From assembly GCA_003614675.1 (NCBI GenBank), contig ML002394.1:1-34213 (forward strand): DNA of 34,213 bases. The letters are read 5' to 3'. Source of the stretch: Dimargaris cristalligena (Eukaryota). Positions 33,203 to 34,213 of this stretch are shown here, in pieces; position 1 is the stretch's first letter, and each line of letters starts with the position of its first letter. The notes under the pieces were generated by a model, which saw only the letters and a list, made by a program, of their open reading frames with translations, had not been told where the DNA came from and made no database searches. A program made the position numbers and the translations under genes.

Positions 33203-33793
33203 TATTAGATTACATTTGTCCAACTCTTTCCTTTTCCTCCGTTTTTCTCTTATATATATGTATCTATATTTAATGTTGGAAAACCAAAAAAAAACTAAAC
33301 GTATTTGGCCTCTTTTTTCTTGCCAGCTTTTGCAAAATGCCAATGGCTGACTAGATCTTTGGATGTATTATTCTATTGTTTTAGGAAATCTAGAATTGAT
33401 ACCTCCTGGCATTCCTTCTACTACCCCCAGTCATTTCATGTATGATTTTTATTATATTTTTTATTCGGGTACTAACCCACTTTATTTTGATACTAAAATT
33501 TACACACTTGACTGTAAACAATAATCAATTTGTCTTTCTTTTTGTCCTTCACCCTCCTCTTCTCCCTTCTCCACGTGTACTATAAAAAGTTATACATAGG
33601 TTTGCACATAACTATTTTAAGAAGAGCCGAAATAGCATATATTTCTCAGATTAATAACCGTTTGGCATGCCTACCCTCCGATTAACAAGAGATCCTCATG
33701 ACTCTTACACCCATTTGTGCTGGTTCCCTTTTGAAGGTAAGTACCGTTAATTCTAGCTAGGAATCCATTCAATTTAAGGGAGGTCTAGTATGT

Positions 33794-33870
33794 ATATGAG
33801 AGAGGTTTCAATCTGGCTGTATATAATGAAAGATATGCTAGATGGGGCAGGTGTTGCTGAATAACAAATA
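33794..33870 (+). mobile_element. Decayed left half of the same MITE family (copy 5)
   Basis: ATATGAGAGAGGTTTCAATCTGGCTGTATATAATGAAAGATATGCTAGATGGGGCAGG resembles ATATGGGAGTAGTTCAACCAGGCTGTATAATGAAAAATCCACTTGATGAGGCAAA. No right TIR is visible. Confidence 0.5.
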
Positions 33871-34213
33871 ATAATACCACATGTATAAAACTGTACCTAA
33901 ATATTACTCCGGGATACCACTGTTGCCCGAGTTAACCACTCTTAGTCCATCAAGAGTCTCAGGGATAGGCTTCCAACGGTAGGCGGGGCGTTGGACATGG
34001 CCAAGTGGGCTACTAGCATTAGGTACAGTGGGTCAGACTAACTAAATAAAGCAAGTGTCACTACATATGCGGGGGACGTTGTGGCAAGGTGTACTATCCC
34101 CCTATAAGCTACACTAATTATATCACTATTATTATTATTATGCAGGGTATGAAGTGGCTTTTTTTTCTGGTATAACCAGTTTTTTTTCCCTCCCCTTTAA
34201 CCCATTCTTTCCA

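Overview
Eukaryotic, most likely fungal, genomic DNA. The intron-poor genes with C-ending codon bias, the AAAP transporter type and the animal-type DHCR24 suggest an early-diverging fungus such as a zoopagomycete; this is inference only. There are six protein-coding genes, all on the + strand: two tandem paralogous AAAP/Aa_trans amino-acid transporters, a signal-peptide-bearing ApaH/Ppn2-like metallophosphoesterase, a two-exon DHCR24/DWF1-type Delta24-sterol reductase (620-nt GT-AG intron), the cohesin kleisin Rad21/Scc1, and a ~1,700-aa disordered orphan protein with repeated acidic GDTTETD-like motifs. The main signal not explained by the ORF track is a small non-autonomous DNA-transposon (MITE) family: a 136-bp core, ~26-bp imperfect TIRs (GGG...CCC) and a 4-bp TSD (ATAT or AGAT). 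It has four full-length copies of identical length and one decayed copy, each just downstream of a gene, and two of them form a ~300-bp inverted pair. I found no tRNA, rRNA, CRISPR array or autonomous transposase. All percent identities are hand counts.
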